64,000 nt of DNA from Eutreptiella sp. 'Long Island Sound 2002' (Eukaryota; Protista; Euglenida), in the NCBI GenBank assembly GCA_964036045.1, contig OZ038379.1, positions 24,118,001 to 24,182,000 of the forward strand. Reading direction: 5' to 3'. The notes beneath the pieces are model-generated. The model saw only the letters and a program-made list of their open reading frames with translations, did no database searches and was not told the origin of the DNA. Shown here in pieces: positions 8,741 through 20,330 of this stretch (position 1 is the first letter of the stretch; every line of letters begins with the position of its first letter). A program made the position numbers and the translations under genes.

Positions 8741-11700
8741 TGAGGCAGTGCGTTGCAGAGGTTGCACTGTCCGCTGCCCCCAGGCAGAGGCAGTGAGGCA
8801 GTGCATTGCAAGAGTTCGAACTGCCCACTGCCCCAGGGCAGTGAGGTAGTGCATTGCAGGAGTTGCACTATCCACTGCTCCCAAGCAGTGGGGCAGTGCA
8901 TTGCAGGAGTTCCACTGCCCACTGCCCCCAGGCAGTGAGACAGCGCATTGCAGGAGTTCCACTGCCTACTGATGTGGGACAGTGAGGCAGTGCATTGCAG
9001 GAGTTGCACTGTCCACTGCCCCCAAGCAGTGGGGCAGTGCATTGCAGGAGTTCCACTGCCCACTGCCCCCGGGCGGTGAGGCAGTGCATTGCAGGGGGTC
9101 CACTGTCCACTGCCCCAGGGCAGTGAGGCAGTGCATTGCAAGAGTTGCACTGCCCGCTGCCCCCAAGCAGTGGGGCAGTGCATTGCAGGAGTTGCAGTTG
9201 CACTGCCCACTGCCCCCAGGCAGTGAGGCAGTGCATTGCAGGAGCTGGAGTTGCACTGCCCACTGCCCCCAGGCAGTGAGGCAGTGCATTGCAAGAGTTG
9301 CACTGCCTACTGCCCCCAGGCAGTGGGGCAGTGCATTGCGGGAGTTGCACTGCCTACTGCCCCGAGGCAGCGACGCAGTGCAATGCAGGAGTTGCACTGT
9401 CCACTGCCCCCAGGGCAGTGAGGCAGTGCAATACAGGAGTTGCACTGTCCACTGCCCCCAGGGCAGTGAGGCAGTGCATTGCAGGAGTTGCACTGTCCAC
9501 TGCCCCCAGGCAGTGAGGCACTGCATTGCAGGAGTTCCGCTGCCCACTGCCCCCAGGCAGTGGGGCAGTGCATTGCAGGAGTTCCACTGCCCACTGCCCC
9601 CAGGGCAGTGAGGCAGTGCATTGCGGGAGTTGCACTGCCTACTGCCCCCAGGCAGTGGGGCAGTGCATTGCAGGAGTTCCACTGCCCACTGCCCCCAGGC
9701 AGCGAGGCAGTGCAATGCAGGAGTTGCACTGTCCACTGCCCCCAGGGCAGTGAGGCAGTGCAATGCAGGAGTTGCACTGTCCACTGCCCCCAGGGCAGTG
9801 AGGCAGTGCATTGCAAGAGTTGCACTGTCCACTGCCCCCAGGCAGTTAGGCAGTGCATTGCAGGAGTTCCACTGCCCACTGCCCCCAGGGCAGTGAGGCA
9901 GTGCATTGCAGGAGTTGCACTGCCCACTGCCCCCAGGCAGTGAGGCAGTGCATTGCAGGAGTTGCACTGCCCACTGCCCCCAAGCAGTGCGGCAGTGTAT
10001 TGCAGGAGTTGCACTGCCCACTGACCCAGGGCAGTGAGGCAGTGCATTGCAGAGGTTGCACTGTCCGCTGCCCCCAGGCAGTGAGGCAGTGCTTTGCAAG
10101 AGTTCCACTGCCCACTGCCCCAGGGCAGTGGGGTAGTGGATTGCAGGAGTTCCACTGCCCACTGCTCTGGGACAGTGAGGCAGTGCATTGCAGGAGTTCC
10201 ACTGCCCACTGCCCCCGGGCGGTGAGGCAGTGCATTGCAGGGGGTCCACTGCCCACTGCCCCAGGGCAGTGAGGCAGTGCATTGCAAGAGTTGCACTGCC
10301 CGCTGCCCCCAAGCAGTGGGGCAGTGCATTGCAGGAGTTGCAGTTGCACTGCCCACTGCCCCCAGGCAGTGAGGCAGTGCATTGCAGGAGCTGGAGTTGC
10401 ACTGCCCACTGCCCCCAGGCAGTGAGGCACTGCATTGCAAGAGTTGCACTGCCTACTGCCCCCAGGCAGTGGGGCAGTGCATTGCGGGAGTTGCACTGCC
10501 TACTGCCCCGAGGCAGCGACGCAGTGCAATGCAGGAGTTGCACTGTCCACTGCCCCCAGGGCAGTGAGGCAGTGCATTGCAGGAGTTGCACTGTCCACTG
10601 CCCCCAGGCAGTGAGGCAGTGCATTGCAGGAGTTCCGCTGCCCACTGCCCCCAGGCAGTGCGGCAGTGCATTGCGGAAGTTTCACTGCCCACTGCCCCCA
10701 GGGCAGTGAGGCAGTGCATTGCGGGAGTTGCACTGCCTACTGCCCCCAGGCAGTGGGGCAGTGCATTGCAGGAGTTCCACTGCCCACTGCCCCCAGGCAG
10801 CGAGGCAGTGCAATGCAGGAGTTGCACTGTCCACTGCCCCCAGGGCAGTGAGGCAGTGCAATGCAGGAGTTGCACTGTCCACTGCCCCCAGGGCAGTGAG
10901 GCAGTGCATTGCAGGAGTTGCACTGTCCACTGCCCCCAGGCAGTTAGGCAGTGCATTGCAGGAGTTCCACTGCCCACTGCCCCCAGGGCAGTGAGGCAGT
11001 GCATTGCAGGAGTTGCACTGCCCACTGCCCCCAGGCAGTGAGGCAGTGCATTGCAGGAGTTGGAGTTGCACTGCCCACTGCCCCCAGGCAGTGAGGCAGT
11101 GCTTTGCAGGAGTTGCACTGCCCACTGCCCCCAAGCAGTGCGGCAGTGTATTGCAGGAGTTGCACTGCCCACTGACCCAGGGCAGTGAGGCAGTGCATTG
11201 CAGAGGTTGCACTGTCCGCTGCCCCCAGGCAGTGAGGCAGTGCTTTGCAAGAGTTCCACTGCCCACTGCCCCAGGGCAGTGGGGTAGTGGATTGCAGGAG
11301 TTCCACTGCCCACTGCTCTGGGACAGTGAGGCAGTGCATTGCAGGAGTTGCACTGCCCGCTGCCCCCAGGCAGTGGGGCAGTGCATTGCAGGAGTTCCAC
11401 TGCCCACTGCCCCCAGGCAGTGAGGCAGTGCATTGCAGGAGTTGCACTGCCCACTGCCCCCAGGCAGTGCGGCAGTGCGTGCCGGAGTTTCACGGCCCAC
11501 TGCCCCAGGGCATTGAGGCGGTGCATTGCAGGAGTTGCACTGTCCACTGCCCCCAGGCAGTGAGGCAGTGCATTGCAGGAGTTGCAGTGCCCACTGCCCC
11601 CAGGCAGCGGGGCAGTGCATTGCAAGAGTTCCACTGCCCACTGCCCCCAGGCAGTGAGGCAGTGCATTGCAGGAGTTGCATGGCCCACGCCCCCAGGCAG

Positions 11701-13245
11701 TGAGGCGGTGCATTGCAGGAGTTCCACTGCCCACTGCCCCCAGGCAGTGAGGCAGTGCATTGCAGGAGCTACACTGCCCACTGCCCCCAGGCAGAGGCAG
11801 TGCATTGTAGGAGTTCCACTGCCCACTGCCCCCAGGGCAGTGAGGCAGTGCATTGCAGAGGTGGACTGCCCACTGCCCCCCGGCAGTGAGGCCGTGCATT
11901 GAAGAAGTTGCACCGCCTACTGCCCCCAGGCAGTGAGGCGGTGCATTGCAGGAGTTGGAGTTGCACTGCCCACTGCCCCCAGGCAGTGAGGCAGTGCATT
12001 GCAGGAGTTGCACTGCCCACTGCCCCCAGGCAGTGCGGCAGTGTATTGCAGGAGTTGCACTGCCCACTTACCCAGGGCAGTGAGGCAGTGCATTGCAGAG
12101 GTTGCACTGTCCGCTGCCCCCAGGCAGTGAGGCAGTGCATTGCAAGAGTTCCACTGCCCACTGCCCCAGGGCAGTGAGGTAGTGCATTGCAGGAGTTCCA
12201 CTGCCCACTGCTCTGGGACAGTGAGGCAGTGCATTGCAGGAGTTGCACTGTCCACTGCCCCCAAGCAGTGGGGCAGTGCATTGCAGGAGTTCCACTGCCC
12301 ACTGCCCCCAGGCAGTGAGGCAGTGCATTGCAGGAGGTTCACTGCCCACTGCCCTAGGGCAGTGAGGCAGTGCGTTGCAAGAATTGCACTGCCCACTGCC
12401 CCCAGGCAGTGGGACAGTGCATTGCAGGAGTTCCACTGCCCACTGCCCCCAGGCAGTGCGGCGGTGCATTGCAGGAGCTGCCCTGCCCACGGCCCCCCAG
12501 GCAGTGCGGCAGTGCATTGCAGGAGTTCCGCTGCCCACTGCCCCGGGGCAGTGAGGCACTGCATTGCAGAAGTTGCACTGCCCGCTGCCCCCAGGCAGCG
12601 GGGCAGTGCATTGCGGGAGTTGCACTGCCCACCGCCCCCCAGGCAGTGCGGCAGTGCATTGCAGGAGTTGCACTGCCCACTGCCCCAGACAGTGAGGCAG
12701 TGCATTGCAGGAGGTCCACTGCCCACTGCCCCCAGGCAGTGAGGCAGTGCTTTGCAGGAGTTCCACTGCCCACTGCCCCCAGGCGGTGCGGCAGTGCGTT
12801 GCAGGAGTTCCACTGCCCACTGTCCCCAGGCAGTGAGGTGTTGCATTGCAGGAGTTGCACTACCCACTGCCCCCAGGCAGTGAGGCAGTGCATTGCAGGA
12901 GTTCCACTGCCTACTGCCCGAGGGCAGTGAGGCAATGCATTGCAGGAGTTGCACTGCCCACTGCCCCCAGGCAATGCGGCCGTGTATTGCAGGAGTTGCA
13001 CTGCCCACTGCCCCCAGGCAGTAAGGCAGTGCATTGCAGGTGGTCCACTGCCCACTGCCCCAGGGCAGTGAGGCAGTGCATTGCCGAAGTTGCACTGTCC
13101 ACTGCCCCCAGGCAGTGAGGCAGTTCATTGCAGGAGTTCCACTGCCAACTGCCCCAGGGCAATGCGGCAGTGCGAAGCACGATTTCCATTGCCCACAGCC
13201 CCCAGGCTGCCTGGCAGTGCGTTACACTGCCCACTGCCCCCTGCC
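8741..13245. repeat. 47-bp tandem satellite, consensus GGCAGTGAGGCAGTGCATTGCAGGAGTTGCACTGCCCACTGCCCCCA, internally palindromic
   Basis: About 95 head-to-tail degenerate copies are visible. Each unit has GGCAGTG-A-GGCAGTG facing CACTGCC-CACTGCC. Confidence 0.97.
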
Positions 13246-13544
13246 CACAACAACAGTGCAGCAGGGCACACACAGTGCAGTGTGGTGCAGAGCACCCAGC
13301 AGTGCGGCACCACACAGAAGGCACTGGTGGTGCAGCGCGGCACGCAGGGTGCAGTGGGCAAATGAGAACCTGTCTGACTGCGCGCAGGCGTCGGCAAGGC
13401 AGTGTCGGCCAAGTGCGAGAGTGCACTGGTCCGGCTATGCCACAACACACTTACACACAGCGCGCACACAACACACACAGCCCAGCCCGTTTACCTGTAC
13501 CCGTGGGTAGACATCCCGGCCTTTGCCTTTTGGTAACAGCGCCT

Positions 13545-14345
13545 TCGGCACACCACACCACACCACACCACACCACACCACACCACACCACACGACACCA
13601 CACAACACCAGCCATATCATGCCACGCTACACTGTACAACACAACACAATATGACATGACATGACATGACATGATATGACACAGCATGACATGACGTGAC
13701 AATACCTAGTACAGTACATGGTACATTGCAACAGCCCAGAAGCCTAGACAACACAGGGTTGTACAGCAGCACACAACAAAACCACAGGATGCATCAAAAC
13801 ACATCGCAACACAACGTAATGCACTGCAACGCAACACAACACAACACAACGCAACACTGCACAGCACCACACGGCGTGGCACGGCGCAGCGCAACACAAC
13901 ACAACACAACACAACACAACACAACACAACACAACACAACACAACACAACACAACACAACACAACACAACACAACACAACACAACACAACACAACACAAC
14001 ACAACGGTGTGGTGTGGTGTGGTGTGGTATGGTGTCGTGTGGTGTGGTGTGGTGTGGTGTGGTGTGGTGTGGTGTGGTGTGGTGTGGTGTGGTGTGGTGT
14101 GGTGTGGTGTGGTGTGGTGTGGTGTGGTGTGGTGTGGTGGATACAACAAGGCACAACAAAATGCAACCAATCGGCACCAGAAGATCCTCAGGACACAACA
14201 TGACACAACACAGCAGGACATACACCAGCACCACAACATGACACGACAGGGCCACAACACAATGCAATGCGACATGACACGACACAACACGACACAACAC
14301 GACAGAATACGACACATCGCAACCTGATACAACACACCACACACC
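13545..14345. repeat. Compound pentanucleotide microsatellite: (CACCA)n, (CATGA)n, (CACAA)n, (GGTGT)n, (CACGA)n-like
   Basis: Directly visible runs, e.g. (CACAA)n ~13895-14003 abutting (GGTGT)n ~14005-14140. Confidence 0.95.
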
Positions 14346-14350
14346 ACTCT

Positions 14351-14526
14351 GGCAAGGAAGCGTGGCAGCCGACGATTCAGCATCGTCACTTGATTAGAGT
14401 GTATTATTGCCTCGCGGGAACTGTACAAATACTAGACAAGTATTTAAGAAATCAATTTCCCCACACACATGATTTTAATAATGCCACATGGGTCTGTAGT
14501 TCTGTCTTTTAGACTCAGTGAGTTTC
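14351..14526. repeat. ~176-bp dispersed repeat, copy A
   Basis: About 95% identical by eye to 16690-16866 (GGCAAGGAAGCGTGGCAGCC...AGACTCAsTGAGTTTC). Confidence 0.9.
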
Positions 14527-15344
14527 AGCCCTCCGGCAGCAGTGCACAAGGGCATGCTTTGGCTGGGAGAATTAGAAAGAGTGAATTCACCTCCGGCATA
14601 TCTTACTGCAATCATCTGGGCCCTCGCTGTAGCGGTGACACAGCACCACCCTCAGTCTTCCATCCCAGCCACTACTCATCCTCATGCCGCCTCCTACAGA
14701 TGCTTTAGAGGTGTGGCAGCTGACAGCCAAAGCCGCAGTGCTGTGGGACTCAGCAGTAGAAATTGAACGCTAATGAGGACCGCCACAATATGCCTGACCT
14801 CAGATGTGTTGTGCTTGCAGCGTGCAGGGCAGGCAGGGGACACACCGACATGGTATATGTTCGAGGGGGCAAGGAGCATGGCGCTACTATGTGGACCCCA
14901 GCATCCCTTACAGCTGCCAGACAGGGGCACCCCCTGTGTGACGGGCAGCCTCTGTCTGGCAGCTGCCTCTGGCAGTTGGCACAACACCGCAGCCTGTGCA
15001 GCACCTTGTGGTGGTGATGTGCTGCGCTGTGCGTGTTCCTCCCCAGCCCCCCCCCCGCCCCCACAGCATCCTGCCCCAAGTGCACCACTGGGGGCGCCCC
15101 TCACAGCTGGGTTTTCGGCGACTGCATGCCGTGCATCTGAGGGACCGGGGGCTGGCACAGCTGTTCGCTGGTTCATTGCGGGACAGAATTGGTGAAGAAT
15201 TTGTGGCACATTCAATTTCATCCACTATGTTGATGCGACAACATGAAGACAAAACCACCATGATGGGCTGAAAGCTTCGGCAAGTGCCCATGGTACCCAA
15301 CCCACACACAAACAGAGTCACAACACGACACCACACTGACACAG

Positions 15345-15460
15345 CGGAACACGACACGACACGACACGACACGACACGACACGACCCGACCCGACCCGAC
15401 ACGACACGACATGACACGACACGACACTACACGACACGACATGACACAACACGGCACGAC
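15345..15460. repeat. (CACGA)n/(CCCGA)n pentamer microsatellite just inside an intron
   Basis: Visible run immediately after the GAG|GTGCGT donor of channel paralogue 1. Confidence 0.9.
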
Positions 15461-15464
15461 GCAC

Positions 15465-16034
15465 CTCAATTCCCGCCAGCGGTCCTGCAAGAATGGCAGA
15501 AACCAGTAGGAGTGTCACCGGAATTACGACAACGGCAAGAATCACAAACTTTCTAATGGCCTCACCGAGTCTCATCGATTCAGCGTGCACACGCATCCGC
15601 CTGCCGATGGGAAGGAAGGCTTGGCCGCCTATCATACTCAGCACAACAACCGCCACGGAGATCCCCCAGGCGGCCACAACAATCACTGCGATGCGGCCAA
15701 AAGTGTTGGTGGGTACCCTACTGGTGAAGGCGCTGTTGGCGTTGACAAGGATACCGGCAATGTAGTAGAATCCGTCCATGTACGGCCAGTCCTCCAGCCA
15801 AGCCAACACCCCTCCAAGGCCGGCAGACGTGATGAAGAGGACTGTGGGGACCACAATCAATATAAATAGAAACAGCTGGAGCGAAGCCTTGTAGGGGCAC
15901 TGCTGCGGAGGCCCAACTTCCGCTGGGACAGCCCCGGCGGACTGCGAATCCTGCTGGCATGGTGGATCCCAGTCCAGTCTGGCATCCCAGCCCCCATGTA
16001 CGGAAGTCACTGGCGTTGTGAAGGTTGCATCCAC
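15465..16034 (-). CDS. Two-pore-domain channel-like protein, paralogue 1 (exon with TM1-P1-TM2-TM3; downstream exon not found)
   Basis: LQLFLFILIVVPTVLFITSAGLGGVLAWLEDWPYMDGFYYIAGILVNANSAFTSRVPTNTFGRIAV...AGPLAGIE, then donor GAG|GTGCGT at 15464. About 60% identical to paralogue 2 over P1-TM3 (manual count 62/103). 5' end uncertain. Confidence 0.7.
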
Positions 16035-16689
16035 TGGTGGGCATGGCAGCTGTTCAAATAGTGGCGGCGGGGGAGTGGGGGCCAGATCAGTGGGTGCCGA
16101 CTCCAGTCCATCAGCGCTGTCATCAGCGACCTATCGGCAGGTGCGTGGTGGGCACAGAGAAGCAGAGCGGATCCACAAAGGTGTGAAAGAATTATGAAAC
16201 GGCTGTCAACAGGCTTGCCAAGACTAAGTTGAGAATTGATTGGCCATTTCGCCAAAATTGATGGGGGAAAGTGCCTCACCTTCCATATTGGCGGGCGTGT
16301 CTGGCTCACGAGGTGAGGCTGGGTTGCTGCATCTCCCTTGTCCCCAAGTGGTTTTGGTGGTAGCAGTCGGCCAAAGAGCCATTGAAACGGCTGTCAAACT
16401 GGCAGCACGCCTCCATCTGGAGGCTATCCATCTTGGTGCGGACAATCAGGTGCCATGTGGTTGCAATCCGCTTGGCCAGTGCTTGTGCAGTGGGAAACCC
16501 TCCGAGGGGACGAATATTGCGCCACCTTGCTCATGCCCTTTGGCGGGTAAAAGCCCACAAGAGACTGAGTTTCCCTGCCCACCCCTCCCGAATGTATAAA
16601 TTTCCCTACCGGCCACAGGCATGGTGGCCACACCACCTGCTGAACACGGGGTGGGTGGAGGGCTAAAAGGCCCAGGGAGGGGGGGGCAT

Positions 16690-16866
16690 GGCAAGGAAGC
16701 GTGGCAGCCGACGATTCAGTATTGTCACTTGATTAGAGTGTATTATTGCCTCGCGGGGTACTGTACAAATACTAGACAAGTATTTAAGAAATCAATTTCC
16801 CCATACACATGATTTTAATAATGGCACATGGGTCTGTATTTCTGTCTTTTAGACTCACTGAGTTTC
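16690..16866. repeat. ~176-bp dispersed repeat, copy B
   Basis: Matches 14351-14526. Confidence 0.9.
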
Positions 16867-17062
16867 TGACCCCACCCGGCATGCCCTTCACTCGCCCACC
16901 CACATAGAGTCATGGGGCATCCAGAAATGGATACATGCTCGCCACAGGCCTTGTGCACGCCTGGCGGACACTCCTTGCAATGCAAAAGGTGATGAGGGGC
17001 GGAGCAATTGGAGCAACAGAAAACAGTGTGCAGACACAATGGTTGCCCAGGCACACACATAC

Positions 17063-18740
17063 CACAGTCTGCGCTTTGGGATTGACGTAACCGCCGAAGC
17101 CCAACTTTTCACAGATGATGGGGCAGATCGAGAGGCCGAGGGTTGCGAGGGCGAGCCCCATGAGCCCCAGAGACCAGGCATCAAACATGAGTGCGACAAG
17201 TTTGCCCCAGTGCGTTTGAGGCTCCTCTGCGGTCAAGGGCACATGGAGGGCCGTCATGAGAGAGCACAGCCACCAAAACCCGTGGTCCCATGTCCAGCCC
17301 TCCATCCCTGCCAAGGGCCCTGCAAGGATGGCGCAGACCAGGAGCAGGTTCACGGGGATGATAATGAGGGTGAGCAGGAATAGCTTGCGGATGGCCCTCT
17401 TGTAGCAGTAGCTGTCATAGTGCACACGGATGATGCGCCCGATGGGGACAAAGACGGGCCCGGCAACCATGCTCAGCACCACCACCGCCACCGAGACGCC
17501 CCAGGAGGCAATGATGACCGCTGCAAAACGCCCGGCAGTGGTATCAGGTTGCACGGTGGTGAAAACACTGTTGGCATTGACCATGATGGCGCAGATGTAA
17601 TAGAACCTGGGGCCAATGCACGGAGAATGATCACTGGCGTGAACCCCTTTTGTAGGCACTGGAAAGGTTGATGAGTGGGTTGCGGTACTTGGTCGCCTGG
17701 ATTCGTGACATAAAAAAAAAGCCCCAGTGTGTGCGGTGCGCAGATTGTTCAAGCAGGGGATGCACTGAGCGATGCGTTCACAGCGGACGGGCATTCAAAA
17801 CGGGTGCTCGTGCACATGCCTCATGCAAAGAGCTTCCCCGGTGGACAGTCAGCAGGACTGAGATTCCTATACCCAAGGTACAGGAGGAGCAGCTCTGGGT
17901 TCGATCATGGGAACAAGTTTGGTGGGTTGTTGGGAGGACGAAGCCTCCTAGGCACAATGGTGTGAGGCGCAGTGGGCAGGGACAGGACTTGGGTTGGATG
18001 GATGTCCGTCATGCCTCAGTGCAACGGGACGGTGTCGTGCCCGGGTGGGGTGGGGGGTCTAGCCGCCCCCTCCTTACCTACTTCTTTCAATGGAGCGACA
18101 CACGGCTCCTTCGTTTGCCCATCTGTAGCTCGGGTTGAAAGGGATGTCCCAACACGCACCTGGCCACAGCCCACCCTGATCCACATCCATGATTCGAGGG
18201 GTCAAGAAGGGGGAGCATAGATGCAGGGACCCTTGCTTGTCCAGGCTAAAATGCCAGAAGGGAAGGATGCAGGAAGCAGGGAACAGAGTACCCGTCCATG
18301 AATGCCCAGCCTTCAATAGCCGCCAGGATGCCCCCCAACGCCACGCTTGCAATCCCAATGAACAGCGGCATCAGGAACACGATAAACACGAACTCCTGCA
18401 GCACCGCCTTCCTGAGGGACTGCCGTTCCAGGGAAGACTCCAGAGGCTGTGAACTGGCGCTCAAGTCAAGATCTGCATGGTGGCCCGAATCGGGGTCCGA
18501 GATGGTGTCCATCTGAGAGTTGGAGTTGGTGGAGGAGGGGGCATAGTAACCGGGGCCTGCAGGTCGGTAATGGTGGTCTGGGGCCCATGGGCCCGTGGAT
18601 GATGCGGATAACGGGTTGGCAGTGGCCGCAGGTGCCCATGGGCTGATGGGCAGTTCTGAGGCAGGCGCGTGGGTAGCATCTGCAGCCGGGGCCCATTGCC
18701 TAGGTGCAGCCCTTGGTGCAGCCGCGTAAGAAGCGAACAT
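17063..18740 (-). CDS. Two-pore-domain (4TM/2P) channel-like protein, paralogue 2; join(18292-18740, 17063-17606)
   Basis: ATG at 18740. A GT-AG intron at 17607-18291 (685 nt, GG|GTACTC...CCCAG|G) restores EGWAFMDGFYYICAIMVNANSVFT. The second repeat reads EGWTWDHGFWWLCSLMTALHVPLTAEEPQTHWGK. Probable further donor GTG|GTATGT at 17062; otherwise the frame reads to a stop at 16910. Confidence 0.85.
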
Positions 18741-19489
18741 GTGCTACTGGGGGCAGCCCTGCAGTCAGGCTGTGTTATCGAGCCGAGGTTGCATCAGCAA
18801 TACTGCAGGAAATGGCATGTGCTGATTTGACAAAGCCCATATGCGCAACATGCAAAGTGCTTCGCACATTGTCCCACAGAACCCCCCCCCCCCTGCCCTC
18901 CCCTTTGGGCCCCCCTTTGAGCAGGCAGTTGGGGAGTTGGATTAGTGGGTGAGGTTCGAAGAAGTTGGACAAACGGCATGGGGGGCTTGTGGAGGCAAGG
19001 GTGAAGAGTATTGGGCAACAAAGTCTCTGCCCTAGGAACACGTTAGGCATGGTAGAAGCTACAATGTAACAAGAAGGAATCTATAGTACTTTACTTTAGA
19101 GCATCCACTAACTTTAATGCATCTAAAACAAAAACACCGAATACCTGCACATTTGGGACATATGATGTGTGATCACTTCATCATTGTGCTATGTTATGCC
19201 CTATTCTGCTTTGTGTCTTTTGTCTTTGTTCCCTTGGTTGCAACTCACAAGTCTTCTTGTTTGCTGTGGCTGGTACAATGGTTTACATGGTCAATGGGAG
19301 CTTGGGGATAGCATGCATGCCTGACTTGGGGATGTCAATGTGTCTAGCTGGGCTCAAAAGGCACCTGAATGGTGTTTGTGGGTCGATTTTTGTTTTGCCG
19401 GATGTTTTGGCGAAAATCGTTGTACTGCACTGCGCATGTCAGCAAGCTCACACTGGGCATAGTCCAGTTGCTCCTGCAACTCATTAATT

Positions 19490-20330
19490 TTGCTGTGGGC
19501 AGCGATTGGAATTGATGGTGTTCCTTTGTGGCACAGCCATGTTGTGAGCATATCCTGCTCCACATGTGTTGCCCTAGATGGGACTGGACAGCATGCCATG
19601 GATCGGTACTTCATCGCTGCCGTACTACGTGGTCATGACAATCTACACATGTTGACCGCCAGCCTTCGCCATATTGCACCACTCCTGGGGATGTTGTCCG
19701 CGACTATTCGTGTCCGACATGTCCATTGGCTACAACACACAAATGCAATGCATTGGTAAAGGAAATAATACCCGTGGCACAACACCCACCGCACATCCTG
19801 CATGGTGTTTGCAATGTGTTGTTTACAATTGTTATTCCCCTGATTGAGAACCTAATCATGGATGATTTGCAGTGGACAACCACAACCACACAGCAGTTCC
19901 TAGGGAATTTGGGGATGGAAAATCTTTCCGCGGATGACCCAGAAAAAGAAGACATTGGAGGACCATTGTGGAGGCAATGTGCTTGTCTCAGAAACAACTA
20001 ATGCACAATGGGACATTGCGTGACATTCACACACTGATAAACACACTATTTATTCATATACTAACTACATTGGATGCTGCCCATAAACTTGAGCCTCTCA
20101 GTGACCAAGAGGTTGCATTGGTTGAGGCGGCATGTGAGCACACAAGGCAACTCTTCGTGACTTCGAATGGCACCGTGTGGGGCCATGTGTGGGTGTACCA
20201 TGTTCCTCAGTCTTTTCGCAAATGGAAAACCATGTTTCCCTTCTTGGGGTATGGTGTGGAGGGACGCCATCGTGCATTGAAACAAGAAATTTGGCTCAGT
20301 GCACGCGGGTAATGGAGAGGTGCTATCGTG
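19490..20330 (+). mobile_element. Decayed DDE transposase of CMC (CACTA/Mirage/Chapaev)/Transib type
   Basis: Three frames in order give AIGIDGVPLW, PPHILHGV and HVWVYHVPQSFRKWKTMFPFLGYGVEGRHRALK (H-x4-H followed by a putative catalytic E). Two frameshifts and a stop at 20310. Confidence 0.55.

Noticed and set aside
8741-13245. CRISPR-like array (palindromic repeats)
   Set aside because: Monomers are directly head-to-tail with no unique spacers, no cas genes are present, and the context is eukaryotic.
8731-13450. Many long Cys/Gln/Ala-rich ORFs (up to 559 aa) on both strands
   Set aside because: They are translations of the 47-bp satellite, which rarely contains stops; there is no protein-level signal.
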